A DNA stretch of 64,000 nucleotides, taken from NCBI RefSeq assembly GCF_009914755.1, contig NC_060941.1; one strand, 5' to 3'. The translations under genes and the position numbers were made by a program. Below, piece by piece: positions 24,922-41,290 of the stretch. This stretch comes from the human T2T-CHM13v2.0 reference genome, Homo sapiens. Each line of letters starts with the position of its first letter. The first letter of the stretch is position 1. A model generated the notes under the pieces. The model ran no database searches. It was not told where the DNA came from and worked only from the letters and a program-made list of their open reading frames with translations.

Positions 24922-27900
24922 CTGGGAGCAAGAAGAGAGACTAGGGCCTGTCAGACAGTGCAGCAGTGGGGACAGGGTGCCCTGGCAGAGCGCACAGCCC
25001 TCCCATGCCACCAGCCTCTCACAGGTGCCCACTCTGGCCCTACTCCTGGAGCCTCAGGCCCGGGACCAGGAAGTGAGGGGCCAGGGGCCTCTCTTGCCCT
25101 GAAGTTCTAGTTGCAGTCCCAGCTCTGGGCTCAGCCCAGGGGCCCTGTGTTGGTGCATTCCCAGGCCAGGGCCGGCTACGCTCTGCCCTCCTTGTAACAC
25201 CTGGGAATGCTGAGATGAACCTGATGTGTCAATGACCGGAAGGGCAGCAGCTGGCGTGGCGGCTCGCTGGGGCATCCCCTACATTCCTGGGCTGGTGTGG
25301 ACTTTGGCCAGTGTCTAAACCCAGATCTCTTCCTGTCAGCTGACAACATCTGTCCCCATAGCAGGTGACCTCCTGCTGGACCTGGCTCAGGGTGGGGCCC
25401 CAGTGGTCAGGGCCTTCCCCCAGCCCAGCCAAGCACCACCAACAGGGCAGGGGGCCTGGCTGAGTGAAGGTGCAAGGTGGAACATGCAGAAGGACAGGAT
25501 GAGGTGGTATGGGCCCGGCCCCAGTGGGGCTCAGTGACTGTCAGGCTTCTCTCACACCTAGTCCCCTCCCTGTCCCTTGGCAGCAAGGGGAGGGAGTCAG
25601 GACAGGGCCTGTGCCTGGGCACAGCCGCCTACACTGCTGATGCAGACACATGTCCCACTTTTGGGCAGCCCCACCCCTCCCACCCTCCGAGCCTGGCACC
25701 ACCATCCCTGTCCCAGGTCTGAGGACCACCTGGAGAAGAGGCCAGGGACCTGCCCTAGGCCACACAGCAAGCTGGGGACAGAGTCAGGCTACAGACTACC
25801 CTGACTTGTCAGAGAGCACCCCAGCCTTGCTGGGATGCGGAGATTCAGGGTGGTGGAGGCGGCCTGGAGCCTGCTGGGGATGTGTCTGCACGCCCCAAAG
25901 TGAGCTCACCAGGCTGGCCCCTGCAGGCCCATCTGGGCTCCTCCTGGGCCTCAGGCCCCCATCGTTCACCTGGCACCAAAGCCCAAACTCCAGCAGAGGG
26001 GAGGGCTCCATACCTGCCCTGCCTCAAACTCACTGTGTGACCCTGAGCAAAACACCTGGCTTCTCTGGACCCAGTTTTCTCATCAGTATAGCATGCTCCA
26101 TCTCTCAGGAGAATGGAGCACACCTGAATACCGCAGCACCTGCAAAGAGCCCGACGGGGGGCTGGGGCGGGGGCTCGGTGATGCCCGTTTGCTGCCTTTC
26201 TCCCACAGTCACCCCGCACGTTCCCATTTACAGGGGGTCTTGTCAGCCTGACTCCTGCAGCCTCTCACAGGCACCATGGTGGTGACAGCCCAGCATGCAG
26301 CCAGGTAAACTGAGGCTCAATGAGGTTGTAAGGCTTGTTGGATGTCGCAAAGCAAGTTGGGCCAGGGCCTGGACCTACCTCCGAGTCAGGTCAGGGTTGG
26401 TCTCCAGTACCTTCTCTTGGACGTTTAGTCTCGGAGAGCCTGGGAGAGAGTGGTCCCCCCAGAGCGGACAGCGGAGGTGTGGGACCAGCTGGGACTCCCA
26501 GAACTCCAAGGCCTAGGGTTCTCTCTGTTCTCTGGGGAGATGACTGCTCCCTATCTCTCTGTTTCTGAAGGGCTGTTTTGGGGCAGAGGGAGTAGCTGGT
26601 TGATGCAGGGTCTACGACTCGCAGGGGAGGCAGATGTTGGCACCAGATGGGGAAGCACTTGCTGCCCCCAGGGCTGCCCAAGGTTAAACAGGGATCTTAA
26701 GAGGGAGCTCACTCCCTGACCTAGGAGATGTTCAAGGAAGGCCAGAGACTGCTTGGAGCGGGGGTAGATGATAGGGCAGAGAAGACACGATGCAGGCAGG
26801 TCACCATGACCCTGGAGGCAGTGGTGTTGAGACACTGGGCAGGGGTGTGTGGTGGTAGCAGGGTCCTCCCTGCCTGGGATCTCCCAGACCCAAAGCCTCT
26901 CCAGCCCCAGAATCTCCTTAGTTAAGCCACTTCTGAGCAGGCAAACAGCCTCACGTGCCACCCTGGAAAGGAGCCTAATGAGGGCGCAGTAGGCATGCTT
27001 CTCCCTGGAGGGCACCAGGCCCTGCCTACCGTGGCAGATGGGGACTTGCCCTGGGCTTGGGCTGGGGGACGTGCCCCAGCAGGACCCGCACCATGTGCGC
27101 CACTCCCCACATTGCCCTCAGCCAGGCAGGGTGCCTGATCCAGGGACCATCTGCTGTCAGGTTGGATATGTTGGAGCCTGCACTCCAAAATGGATCCCCC
27201 CACAGTCCTGGCTCTCCCCAGGCATTGGGTTCAGTGCCTAGGGTGGTCAGAGATGGGTTTGTAACAGGCACGAGCTTATGCTGGGGATGGGGAGGGGGAG
27301 CCTGGTGCTCCCCAGGCAACCCCCAACAGCCTGGCCTGTCCATGGAGCCACAAAGGTTTCTTGGGGGCCCTTGAGTCCTGTCATGCCCTTTCCCATTTTA
27401 TAGACAGGAAAGCTGGGATCACAGTCCATGACTGAGGCTAGAACCCAGGGCCCTGTCCCACCCAGAGCACCTTCTGCACAAGAGACTGGGCATCAGTCCT
27501 GGGCCCTTGAGCTGCTTGATGGTTTATAAGGAGCCTTTACAGCTGTTACCTTGTTCAGGCCTCACAAGCACACCGGGAGGCAGTGGTTCTTTTTCCCATT
27601 TTGCAGATAAAGAAACTGAAGCACAGAGGCATTCGCCACCTTGCCTAATTCTGTTGGGAGGCCCAGCTCACTTGTGACACCATGAGCTCAGCAAGAGCAG
27701 AGCCCTTGTCTGAGCCCAGGACGGGGCCTGGTTTAAGGAAGGTCCTGGGGAGCTTTTATCAACTGAGAACAAGACCAACTGGCTTGGTCTGGGAATGACT
27801 GCAGGAATCAGGGCATCTGGGACCACAGCCCCTCCTGGGCCCTTGGCTTCCCCATCTGTCAAATGGGGGTGTGGGCCTGGCTTGCCCCTGTGGTTCTATC

Positions 27901-30654
27901 CAGTTCACACATTGTCAGAGCTGGCCCAAGTCAAGAAAAGTACCAGATGCTTCACGTAGCCCCAAGCCCACACGTCCTCTCAGAGGTCCTGGGCAGGGCA
28001 AGGGCTGTGGAAATGAGAGGGGAGGCTGACTCCAAAGACCAGCTCTACCTGCTGTTATGTCAGGGGCCACACTGGGCAGGAGGCGGGTGGCCTGGGTCCC
28101 ATCACTGAGCTTGTTCCGCTCCTGAGGCAGGAACCAGCCATGTCCATGTGAGCAGCTGGCACAGGGGCAGGCATGGCAGGCGGGCACGTGTGTGTCCTGC
28201 ACCCCAGGTACCGTTGTCAAAGCCGACGGGCAGCTCCCAGCCCAGCAGCCTGGAATCTGCGCAGGCCACACAGCCCAGCTCCCAAGTGAAGGAGGGAGCC
28301 CAGTGGTCCCTGTGCATCTTACTGATGGACAGGCCTCTGCTGGGCGGCCTTGAGGCCTCGAAGATGCAGCTGCAGAACCCAGGAGGCCCAATGCCCAAGA
28401 CAACCATCTGACTCCTGCCAGGGTGTGGGAGGATGGCCCAAGATGGCAGGGTGTGGGAGGATGGCCATGCCTGGGGGGCAGAGGCAGGCAGGCTGCACTG
28501 GAGGGAAACACCAGCAGGGATGTGGGCACTCCTCCAGTGAGCCAACAGCGAGCCTGCGCCTGCCCCAGCCCAGGCCTCTCCCTGGGGGCTCCTGGTGCCC
28601 AAACACCTCCGGCATGTCTGTCCAGGGGTGTCCATATGCACAAGCCCTCCAGCGCCCCGCCCGATGAGCACCTCCTCCCATGCTGTACCCTCCCTGCCCA
28701 GTGGATCCGCCGGCCTTCTCCACCCTGCCTTCTGCCTGTGTCTCGAATCCCCCACCTCCCTCTGTGTCCTTGGGACAGGGGGACATCCGCCTCCATGTGA
28801 GAGATGCAGAAACTGCAGCTGGGAGAGGGGAGGGCACTGGTCCAAGGTGGTGCTGCATGGGGATCCCCAGTGCCCTGCCAGGAGCACCTCCAACACCTGG
28901 GCAGTGACCGGAGCAGCTTGAGCTGGGATGCAGGGGTGACAGCATCTCACACAAAGGAGAACCCCACCTGTGGCCACTGCCCCCCAGCAGACACGGCCTG
29001 AAGCCACGTAACACTGGCTGCTGGCGTTGGGGGTGGGACAGGGCTTTAGGTCACAGAGGCAGGGAGCACAGGCGTGGGCCTCCTCAATCTCCCTCAGCCC
29101 CAGCCAGAGCCCCCTGAGCAAGGGTGGAGCGGGCGGAGTCGGTCCAGCACCGGCGCCCAAGCTCTAGGCTGGGCTTTGGGTGAGCCACACCTGCGTTCCA
29201 GGTCTCAGTTTCTTCACCTGTCAAAGGAGAAGGTGGACAAGATGTCCAAGGCCCTTCGTCTCTGATGTCCCTGCCGAGGGACCCCAACTCCTGTTCCCTG
29301 CCTGGTGCCGGGCAGGGCCTGTCTGGGCGGCTAACACATCTCATTGCGCCCACAGGTCTGGGAGAGGAAGTGCTGGTGGCCGCCCTCTCCCTGCCTCCCC
29401 ACACAGCTCCTGCCTCACAGGTGCCAACAACAGCCTGTGGCTCCTGACACCCACAACAGCTGTTTCCTAGCCTTCCTGTGACCACAGAACCACTCTTGAA
29501 GCAGAAGTGCCCTCGCAGGACGAGTAGGTAGAACAGGTCTCCACAGAGGTGCCTGGGGAGGAGGGGTGGGGCGAGACGGGCTGGCCTGGTTCCGAGCATG
29601 GTGGGAAACCACGGGTGCACAGGCCCAGCCTCTGCAGCAGCACCTCTTCAGGGGGGCCCTAAACCAACGCATCCTGACCCCTCTCCCCGACGCTTCCTGA
29701 TCCCTCTCCCCGACGCGTCCTGCCTCAAGCCACTGTGTCTCCTACATGTTGTTCTCCTTGCCACCTGCCCATTTTGCATCTGCTCGGACAACTACCTTTT
29801 TTCAAATCCCAACTCCAGTGCAGCCCCAGCCTCCCCTGTCGTCACTCTGGCCTGTCTGGGTTGAGCGTGTATCACTTGCGTATTTCTTCTCAGGCACAGC
29901 AATGGAGTCTCCCAAGGACTGAGTCGCAAGACTCGGGTAAGAGGGGACAGTTTCCAACCTGCACGTGACAAGCCTTACACTCACCTCACCCTCCTAGGCC
30001 TCAGAGATCCCTAGAGGCGGCTCAGAGAGAGGAGAGAGGCGGCCATATTCTCTCTCCTCACTATGCTCCAGGCAGGTGGAGGACAGATACCCTCAAGCCT
30101 GCCCCAGAACCTGGAGCCCTGAAGCAGCCACAGACACTGCACACACTGCAGACAAGTCCCTAGGCCTCTCTGGGCCTCACTTTCCCACCTGAGAAGTGCC
30201 GGGGGTGGACAGAGTCTCTCATCTTGGGGTTCGTTATTCTCCAGGTCTGATGGCAGATGCCCAGACAGTGGCAGTGTGGGCTCTGCACCCGCTGGCTCCG
30301 ATCTCAGCTCCTCCTGGGAAGCTGCATGACCTTGGGCAAGTACCTTCATTTCCTCATGGGGATAATAACAATCCCCACCCACAAGGTTGTTGGAAATTAA
30401 AATGAATTCATGCAGGTGAAGCCCTAGCAGGGGATCCACAAACGGCAGCTGCACGGACCCTCCTCGTCCTCCCACCAACCCAAGTCCCATCCCACCAGAC
30501 CCACAGCTCCCTCTGGGGTGAACAGGCCAGCAGCGTCTCACTACCCTCCGGGCCAGCTGGAAGGCTGTAAGTGACGCATCAGGGCTGCTCACAGGAATGC
30601 TGCAGACTGTCTTAAAGGTTGAGGCAGTGGCCATCATGACCTTGGATTCAACTT

Positions 30655-32768
<2,114 letters not shown>

Positions 32769-35504
32769 CTCCTCCAGCTGCAACCCCCTCCTCCAGCAGC
32801 ACGGTTGGGACAGACGTGGCTGCAGCACCTCAGTTTTTCTATCATGACATGGTCCCACTCCCCCTCCCCTCCTCCTCCCCTCCAGGGGGCTGGCAGAATT
32901 AGTGACATGCCATCTGAAGAGGCCCAAGAAGGTTCTCTGGGTTAGGAAGTTCTCCTAGGATCCCTGGGTGGTGCTCCCTGCCACCTCCTGGCAATCTCCA
33001 AACCAGTTTGCCCATATAATGTCTCTGAAAGTCTGTCACCGAGAGGACTAGTTTAGCTAACAGTCTCATCTTGCCTCCCAGGGTAAAGGGAGTCTGTGTA
33101 CTTGGTAACAAATGCTGACCCCAGCCAGAGCAAGGATAATTAGGCCAACCAGCTGGCACGCATACAGGTGTCCCTTTTCTGGAGACAGGGAGGGGTGGTG
33201 ATGGCCACTCCCATTTTCCAGAGGGGGTGTCACTGTCCCAGGGCCACCCTGTCAACTAGTGGCAGAGGTCTCCTGTTCCTAGGCTTTTCTCCTAATGGGG
33301 GACCCTGTGTCCATTCCAACCTCTGAACCCACCCACAGCCTCCCAGAGGCCACCTCAGCTCTTGAAAGAAATACCTGACCATCAGCACTGTCTGGAAGGT
33401 TAATGCCTGGGCCTCCCTGGCTCTGCCATGCCTTCCCTGGGTGGCCCATGGCGGGTCACTTCCCACTCTAAGCCTCAGCTTCTCTTCTTGGTAACATGGG
33501 GAGTGAAACTGGATGAACTCTGAGGTCCCGTTCCCCTTGACATTCATCAGCTCTGTGAACACCTTCCCCACCCTCTGACTATTAAGGCTGAAGCCTCATT
33601 AAGGCCAATTAAAGGAAGATCAGGCCTTCTGAGCACCAAATGGCTGCAGTGGGTTGGGGTCAAGAAGCCCAGGCTAATCATGCCCAGAGCGCTCTGACCA
33701 GGAGGCTCAGCCTAGCCCAGTGGCATGAAGGCACTACCCTGAGTCTCCTACCTCCCCCAGACGGACATCAGCTTCCTGGTCATGGCTCAGGAATACTGCA
33801 AAGACAAGGGGCTGGCAGAGCTTGGGGAAAGGCCATGAGGTGACCAAGGCTGTTCCCTGTGGATGAGGCAAGAGGGCAAGATCCTTTCCCGCTGGCCGCA
33901 AGGAGCTTCAGAATCCTCAGAGCTTCCAGGCTTGCAGGCGCAGGATCCAGCCAACCAGACCATCCCATGTGGGCAGCAAACGGCACCAGCTGAGAATTTT
34001 CAAACAGGAAAATCTCAAAACTATAGATTCAAAAGCCTTTAAAACCTCAGCTTCTCCAGGGTCCAAGAGCGACAGACATTGGGGCCATCAAGCATCCTAA
34101 TGCCCCAGAAAGCCTGGCTTGGAAAGGACTTGCCCAAGGTCACAAAGCACACCAGGGCAGGGCTGAGGCTTCTAGGCCACCTGGTGCCCACATGCTCTCT
34201 GCTGCGTTCCAGTGAGCCCCTGCTTGAACTTCTCCCAGGACAGGGAGCTCACCACTTCCACCCCAGACTACTCACAGAGAGAAGCTCTCAGGACAGGAGT
34301 GAGGAGTGAAGGTGGAGGAGGCGAGGGGAGAGATCTGGCATCTACCGATGCCAGCTCCATGCCAGACACAGAGTGTTTTACACACCACACTTTTTCCCAT
34401 TTAAATCTCACTGACTTTATGAGGCAGGTGTTAGCTGTTAGCACTACCATGACACTGAGGAGGAAGGAACAGAAGGTCAGAGAGGCCAAGCAACTATCTC
34501 CAAGCAGCCACTAAAGATAACACCAGAGCTGGGGCTCATGCCTGGGTCCCAGTGATACGGAAGCCTGTCTTCCCACCACCCCACATGGCATTTAACCTGG
34601 CAAGGTACTCGAGCCCAGGGGTCATTCAGACCCTTAAAGGGGACTAGGACAGCCCAACCAGGCCAGGGCCTGCCAGGCTGGGGCCAACGTGGGCCAGGGC
34701 ACAGGGTGGGACCCCATCTTCCTCCCCAGCTGCTCTCAAGGCAGAGGGTAGCTCAGTGCTTTTGGATGCTCCTGTCTATCACTGCGTCAAGACAAGGCCT
34801 GATCCCCATTTTACAAGTGAAGAAACTGAGGCCGAGGGTCCTGCAGCATGCAAGTGGCTAAGTGGGACCAGCACTCTCTGCTGGCCCAGGGGCCAGGACC
34901 CTCAGCTGCAGGGAGACCCTCTCCAGCCAGGGAGACCCAATCCAGGTCCAGCCACACCTAAGACCCTTGGTGTAACCTTATGAAGGCCCCAGCCGACTCT
35001 GAGCCTCAGTTTCCCCAGCTGTGATATGAACATGACGGCAGGCCCTGGCTCTTGGGGTTGTGGGAAGGAGGCCAGCCCAGTGGCTGAGCAGCTGCCTGTC
35101 CCACTGGAGTGCCCAGACGGGCAGGCACTCTCTCCTTAGAGCTCCTTCCTCGAAGGGCTGCTCCCGGCTCTCCTCGAAACTCTTAATTAAGGGAAGGGAG
35201 CCTTTGGAGCGCACAGGAGTTAACACCTGGGATTACTTTATCAGATGGTTCCCCACCCACTCTCTGACCTGTGGTGGGAGCCTGGGCCAGCTGTGCGCCC
35301 CACAAGGTGTCAACTGGGCCACCTGTGGCCTCTGGCAGTGTGGGGAGCTGTCCTGGCACTGCCCAGCTAAAGGATGCAATGAGTGGCCTTCCTCCTGGTC
35401 CCCAGGCCACAGAGCTCACCCTGTTCTTGTGAGTCCCCGTCCCAGCCCTCCTCCAGAGAGCCCAGTATTTAGCTGCCAAGGAGCCTCATGAAAACGCTTT
35501 TACT

Positions 35505-35825
<321 letters not shown>

Positions 35826-38800
35826 TCAACAGGATCCAGCAGTGAGGCTCTGGTGCTCCCATGCAGGGGTAGGGCTCAGAAGGAACAGTGCCACTGCTTC
35901 TCCAGGGAATGGGAGGGTGCTCAGGGCCTGCAGACTGGGGGTCTCGGCCCAGTCCCTCCAGATATCAGTTCTGTGACCTCAGGCCAGTTATTTGCCATCT
36001 CCGAGCCCCACCAAGCCTCAGTTTCCTCATCTGCACAATGGAGACAACACCTACTTTCCAGAGTTGTGGGGAGGATTACACAGCATGGTAAAGTGCCCGC
36101 TCAGCACCTGGCGCGGGGCTGGCATTTAGTAAGCACCTCATTAAGCTGCTTCTATTCTCTCAGAGCCAAGCTGTGGGCCAGGACTTCAGTGTGTGAAGGC
36201 GGGGGCCTGACAGAAAAAATGTGGGGTGAATCAGGCTTCGTGAAACCTGGGTTCGACTTTATTTCTCTGGGTCTGTTCCCAAGCCCTGGCCTGGCATGCA
36301 GAGATCAGTGTTCTGGCCCTGGCCACCGGCGCCTCACCTGCCCTCAGTTTCCTCAACTGTGAAATAAGGAAGGTGTGATCTGTCCCTGCCCTGGGGCCTC
36401 ACCCTGGGGCTGGTGAGGGATCCTGCTAAGGCCCCCCTGCTGTGTCCTGTTGAGGGGGGCTCAGCATCTGCTGGAGGAGCAACCAGCTAGAACATCTACA
36501 TCCAGCTCTGGCTGAGGAAGCCCCAACCCAGCCCAGCCTCACGCCTTCTCAGGCTGCAGCCAAGTGAGGCCGGGGCTCGCCCCTCCCAGGCGTGATCTTA
36601 CAAGCCCGTCCTCTGGTATGTAGTTGGAACCCCACAGCAGGTTTTTTCCCAGATAAATCATGGCTCCTGGGGCTAGGGGAGGGGCAGGCAGTTGACCTTC
36701 CATCTTGGAGTAGGAGCCCACTAGGGCTGGAGGGAGGCTGGAGGGCACAAGCTGCTGAGAGTGAGACCTGGGACCCACCCGCCTCTTGTCCCAGGGGAGT
36801 CTAGGATCACAGGGCAGCAAGGTGTCAGGGCTGAAGGGGCCCCTAACAGTCTTCAATACCTGTTCCCATTTTACAGATGGGATGACCGGGGCTTGGAGAG
36901 GAGCTGGGGCTTGTTCCAGGTCCCACAGTCAGGCAGAGGCAGAGCACGGACTCTTGGCTCCTGGTCCTGCTGTCCACTAGTTCCATTCTAGTCATTTGGG
37001 AACAGGGGGGACTGACAGCAGTCCTGACAGGAACACAGCCGCTCCCCTAAGTGCTGCGTCACTTCCCTGCCCCAGGGTCTGCCTGTTGTGCTGACGACAG
37101 GTAAGGTGAGTGAGGAGGCGGAAGGCTGGGCTGTCCTGACTCAGCCCCAGCAGCCCCAGCCTAAAGCCCCCGGTGGGAAGGGGCCAGTGTGCGGCAAGGC
37201 GGCCCAGGCAGAGGGATCCCCATCCTAGGCAGGGGGCAGGCAGAGTTCTCCCTACACAATACCAGAGTGAGAAGGGGAGGTGGAAGCATGGGCACGAGAG
37301 GTGATTCATGGGGAGAGATAAGGCAGGGAGCGCTCCCAGGAAGCAGGCAGACAAAGCGCCCCGTCAGCATCCGTCAGTGTCCGGGCCCTGCCCCTGTGAG
37401 CCTGGGAAGCAGCTGGGGCAGGACAGCTGGAGGACTGCAGTGGCCTGGATGAGCTGCCCCTCCCAGCCCCTGCCTGTCACTCTGTCCTGCCAGGGCCAGG
37501 GCACAAGGGATAGCCTAGAGTTTGAGGGAAACACAGGCCTGGTCCCCACCCCTCTACCCGAGAACTAGCTAGGTGACCTTGGGCAGCGACTAACCAGTTT
37601 CTACATCTGAAAAATGAGACAGATAACACTAGCTGAGATTATAAAGCGCCTCGCACTCAGTCAACACTTGCTATTGTTATTATCCCTGCCCACACATGCC
37701 ACACAAGCCTGGGCCACAGGTCCCAGGACAGATGTGGCAGGGAAGGAAGTGCCCAGGGCAGAAAGCAGGGGCTTGGCTCACCACAATGCTGTGGAGTCAT
37801 GAACAAATCCCTGTCCTTCTCTGTGCCTCAGTATCCTTGTCTGTCAGATGAGGAGCTTAGTCTCTACTGCCTCTGAGGCCCCCACTGTGGGACCCTTGAG
37901 GACTCCCTGAGGTCTGAGAGTAGGGAGCAGTTTCAGCAGTGAGTGCCCCATCCTGAGGGCTGGAAAAGCAGAAAGCAGGGCCCACCTGTCCGAGGCTGGA
38001 GGACATCACTCACTATGGGGCCATGTAGACAGACTGGCACCCAAACTGGAGACCAGCTTCTTCCTGGCTATGTCACCTTAGACAGGTGACAGCAATCACC
38101 TTGTGGGAAGCAAAGGAAGGCAATGTCACCTTAGGTGACACTAATAACCTTGTGGGACTTTTGTGGGAAGCAAAGGAAGCTCCAGGTGGCTCATGGGACT
38201 GTACGGAGTGGCTGGGTCACAGCTGTAGCCAGAGACTCAGGGAGGAACCTGGGGTCAGCAGGTGAAGTCCTGGCCCTGGGAGCCCCTATCTGGCCCATCG
38301 CTGGGCGGGGGATCTGTCTGTCTGCAGACCCTCTGGCTGTTCCCATCTGCCTCCTTCCTGTCGCTGACAAGGAGGGGAGGCACAGAGGAGTGGGAACCTT
38401 GGCACAGCAGGTCCCCCTACCCATGGCCTCAGTTTCCCTATTTTCAAGATGGAAGTGGAGGCTGGGTAATGGGATCCCAGCAGGCTCTCTGTGGGGACTG
38501 GGTTCTCTAGCCTCCAGCCAGTCATCCCCATCAGGCACAGACATCAGCAGCACTTCCTCCACACCACAGCAGGTGTGGGGCGGGTCTCTCAGTCTGCAAA
38601 CTATGAAGGTCCCTTCCTCCTCCCCCTCCTCCTCCTCTTCCTCTAACTCCTTCCTTACTTTTGTCACCCGATATTCCATCTTCACAATAGCCAAAGATGC
38701 AGCTTTTATCCACACCACCTCCATCTTATAGATCAGAAACCCGAAGCCTCAAAGCTGCCCAGGGTCAGTCAGTGAATTGAGAGCAGCCAGGCCAGGGGCC

Positions 38801-40025
38801 AGGCGCCCCCACCCAGCTAGCTGACCCAACTGGTCCCCTTGTTGGGCAGGGACTCCACCTTCCTGGAAACTGGGGCCAGGGCCAGGGGCCACCTCACCAG
38901 TTCTTGACCCACGTCTGGTTTCTCTGCCCACGAACTTCCCCAAGGCCCTGTCAGTTAGCCAGGATGGTCCCCGAAGCCAGCATTCTGGTCTTCTGCAATT
39001 GGCTGCCCTGCTCTGGGACTGGAAGTATAAAGGGATTAGACCCAGCTAGGAACACCTCATCCCACAACCTGAGGCCCAGACCTGGCTTCAGAATCCTTCT
39101 CAACACAGCTCACTAGGTAAGCTTTATCTATCAAATTAAGATGTGCTTGGAAACGATGAGAAGGTACTTACGTGCAGCAGGCATTAGCACCTGCTCATGG
39201 TCACAACTGTCCAGCAGTGGCCTAGCTGTCTCTGCAAATGGCAAGCACCCCTTCTCAGAATGTGTGACGGTGTGTCAGCCAAGAATGGCCCCCCACAGCT
39301 AGGGCACTGCATAGCCCAACAGGGGTGGAGAAGGGGAGGGCCAGAGAAGGCTTGAGGTCCCTTCCGGTGGCAAAATTCAGGTGGACAATGCTCAGGTGGA
39401 CTCACTCCACTTCCACAGATGAGGACCACACCTCCCTCACCCAAGCATCCTGGCCTGGAAAGTTTCCACCATTGCAAAGCTCACAAAGAGGCTCAGAGAG
39501 GGTGTGCAATCTGCTCCCAGTTGCTCAGCACAGCTAGGAAACAGGCAGTGTTGAACAAGGACCTCCAGGCCAGTCTCAGATGGACTTGGACCATGCCTAT
39601 TCCCTCACCCCACAACAAAAGCTCTCCCCACCAGAGAGCTCATGGTGTGTGCGCGCCTTTACAGTGAATCAGAGCCACTCTAAGGGAGAGTGAGAGGAAG
39701 CCCTGGGGTTCCTCCCCTCCCCACTCCACCCTATCTCGGTGCCTTCTTCTGGGGAACCAGAAACACCCTCCAACAATAAAGAGGCCCTTTGAGACGGGGC
39801 AGCCCACTGTCACCTGCTAGGACCTGGGAACCCTACCCTGCAAAGAAACTGCGGATCCCCACGAAGGTGGGGAGGAAACCTCCACCCAAGAGGCAGCCAG
39901 GGAAAACAGCAGAGATCCCTAGAAGCCCATGTTGGGCTCCCGTTTTGGGCTCTGAGTGAGCCTGTATTGAGAGGGGTCCGGTGGCTGGTTGGGCCATGGC
40001 TCCAGGAGTCCCCGCGCTGCCTCAC

Positions 40026-40547
40026 CTTCTGTGCCTGGCTGATCATCTTCCGCACCACCTCTTTGATGTGGGCCTGCCCGTCTATGGGGGGCTGCATGTA
40101 GACGCTAGCCCGGGTCACGCCGCGGTAGGCGATGGTGTCGGGCCAGCCCAGGTCCAGCTGCGGGATGGAGCGGTCCGACTTCTGGGGCCAGTACTCCAGG
40201 GAGGGCAGCGGCTCGGCCTCGATGGGGACCCCATCCGCCCCGCTGGCTTCCTCGCCGTCGCCGACCCCATTGTCCTCGGGCCCCTGAGAGGGGCCCGTGC
40301 CCCGAGGGTCCTCAGAGCCCGGGTCGTACACCTCGATGGTCTCCAGGATGCGCTTGAGCTCCAGCTCCGAGAGGAAGTCTCGGATGTTCTCCCGCTTGAG
40401 CACCTCGTAGAAGGCGTCCCGGCCGCGGGCCACCAGGGCCTCCAGCGCCAGCCGCTGCTCCTCGCTGTAGAAGAACTCAGGCTTGGACTCGCTGGAGCGC
40501 CAGTTCACATGGTTGTCGTCCAGACACTGCACCTGAGAGAAGGCCAT
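40026..40547 (-). CDS. FAM83G: FAM83G (PAWS1) first coding exon, DUF1669/SACK1 N-terminus; exon acceptor at 40675
   Basis: gccATGg Kozak; MAFSQVQCLDDNHVNW...FYSEEQRLALEAL...LDLGWP...IKEVVRKMISQAQK; 522 nt; AAG|gtgagg donor. Confidence 0.96.
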
Positions 40548-41214
40548 GGCGCCGCCTGCCCGGGCACTGCTGCCGGGGGTGGGTGGGCAAGGTCCAGCTC
40601 CTAGCTCCGGCCCAGCTGGGGCACCGCGCGCTCGGGGGCCTCTCCGCGGCCTCTGCTTCTCTGCCCATGAGCAATCTGCGGGAAAGACCTGATGAGCCCG
40701 GCTCGGCGGGGAGGGCGGGCCGCGCGGGGAGGGGCGGCGGGGGCGGGGCCGGGAACTCAGGTGGGCGTGGGAAGGACGGGGCTGGGGCTGGGGCTGGGAA
40801 GATGAGGTGGGGGCACTGGACTGGGATGGGAAGAAAGTAAGGGATCGGAACAGCGGTGAGGGAGCGGTGGGCCACGTCCCAGGGCTCAGCGTGCCTCTAC
40901 GTGCAGGGAACCCATATCCCAGATTTCCGGAGCTGCCTGAAGTCCTCGCAACTTCTGAGGGAAACGAGGGCAGCCGGGGAACTTCCCAGTAGCTTCTTAG
41001 AGTGGGAGGCGGCCCCGGCACAGAGGCGCCCCGCAAACCGAGGGCTTCCGGGTAAGGGAGGGGTCTTAAAATTTCCGGGTGCCGGCAACCCAGGAGGCCT
41101 GCCCGGAGGAGGCTGGGGCTCTGGGAGGGGTCCAGGAGACCCAGAAACGCGGTTGCGGGGCGGCGACGCCCCGCGAGACCCGGGATCCGGGGGGCGCGGC
41201 CGGGACTTGCTTAC

Positions 41215-41290
41215 CGAGCGGGCGCTGGCGGAGCGGGGCGCACACGCGGCGGCTGCGGCGGCGGCGCGAGGCTGGGCGGGGGCGCGCCGG
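41215..41290 (-). other. FAM83G: FAM83G non-coding first exon (5' boundary approximate)
   Basis: Minus-strand donor CTCG|gtaagc (plus-strand cttac at 41210-41214) inside the CpG island, just downstream of the promoter motif cluster. Confidence 0.6.

Noticed and set aside
27915-29160. Long overlapping ORFs (293, 352 and 231 aa)
   Set aside because: Low-complexity P/G/A/C/W-rich translations with no recognisable domain or splice-consistent structure; expected in GC-rich intron.
28419-29722. Short two-copy tandem duplications (28419-28466, 29672-29722; also 31038-31100 and 51144-51186)
   Set aside because: Ordinary slippage duplications without spacers; not CRISPR-like and no functional context.
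38070-38180. About 53-bp tandem duplication with palindrome TGTCACCT-T-AGGTGACA (38124-38140)
   Set aside because: Resembles a degraded MIR core (tgtgaccttgggcaagtcac); not an exact T-box site, and no other support.
39161-39175. Minus-strand CAC|GTAAGT donor-like site / TACGTG HRE
   Set aside because: No convincing matching acceptor or frame; an isolated motif is expected by chance.
40548-41036. Apparent 160-aa N-terminal extension of FAM83G in ORF 39810..41036
   Set aside because: Most of it lies upstream of the splice acceptor at 40675 (intron 1). Stop-poor GC-rich CpG-island DNA explains the open frame, and the strong Kozak ATG is at 40547.
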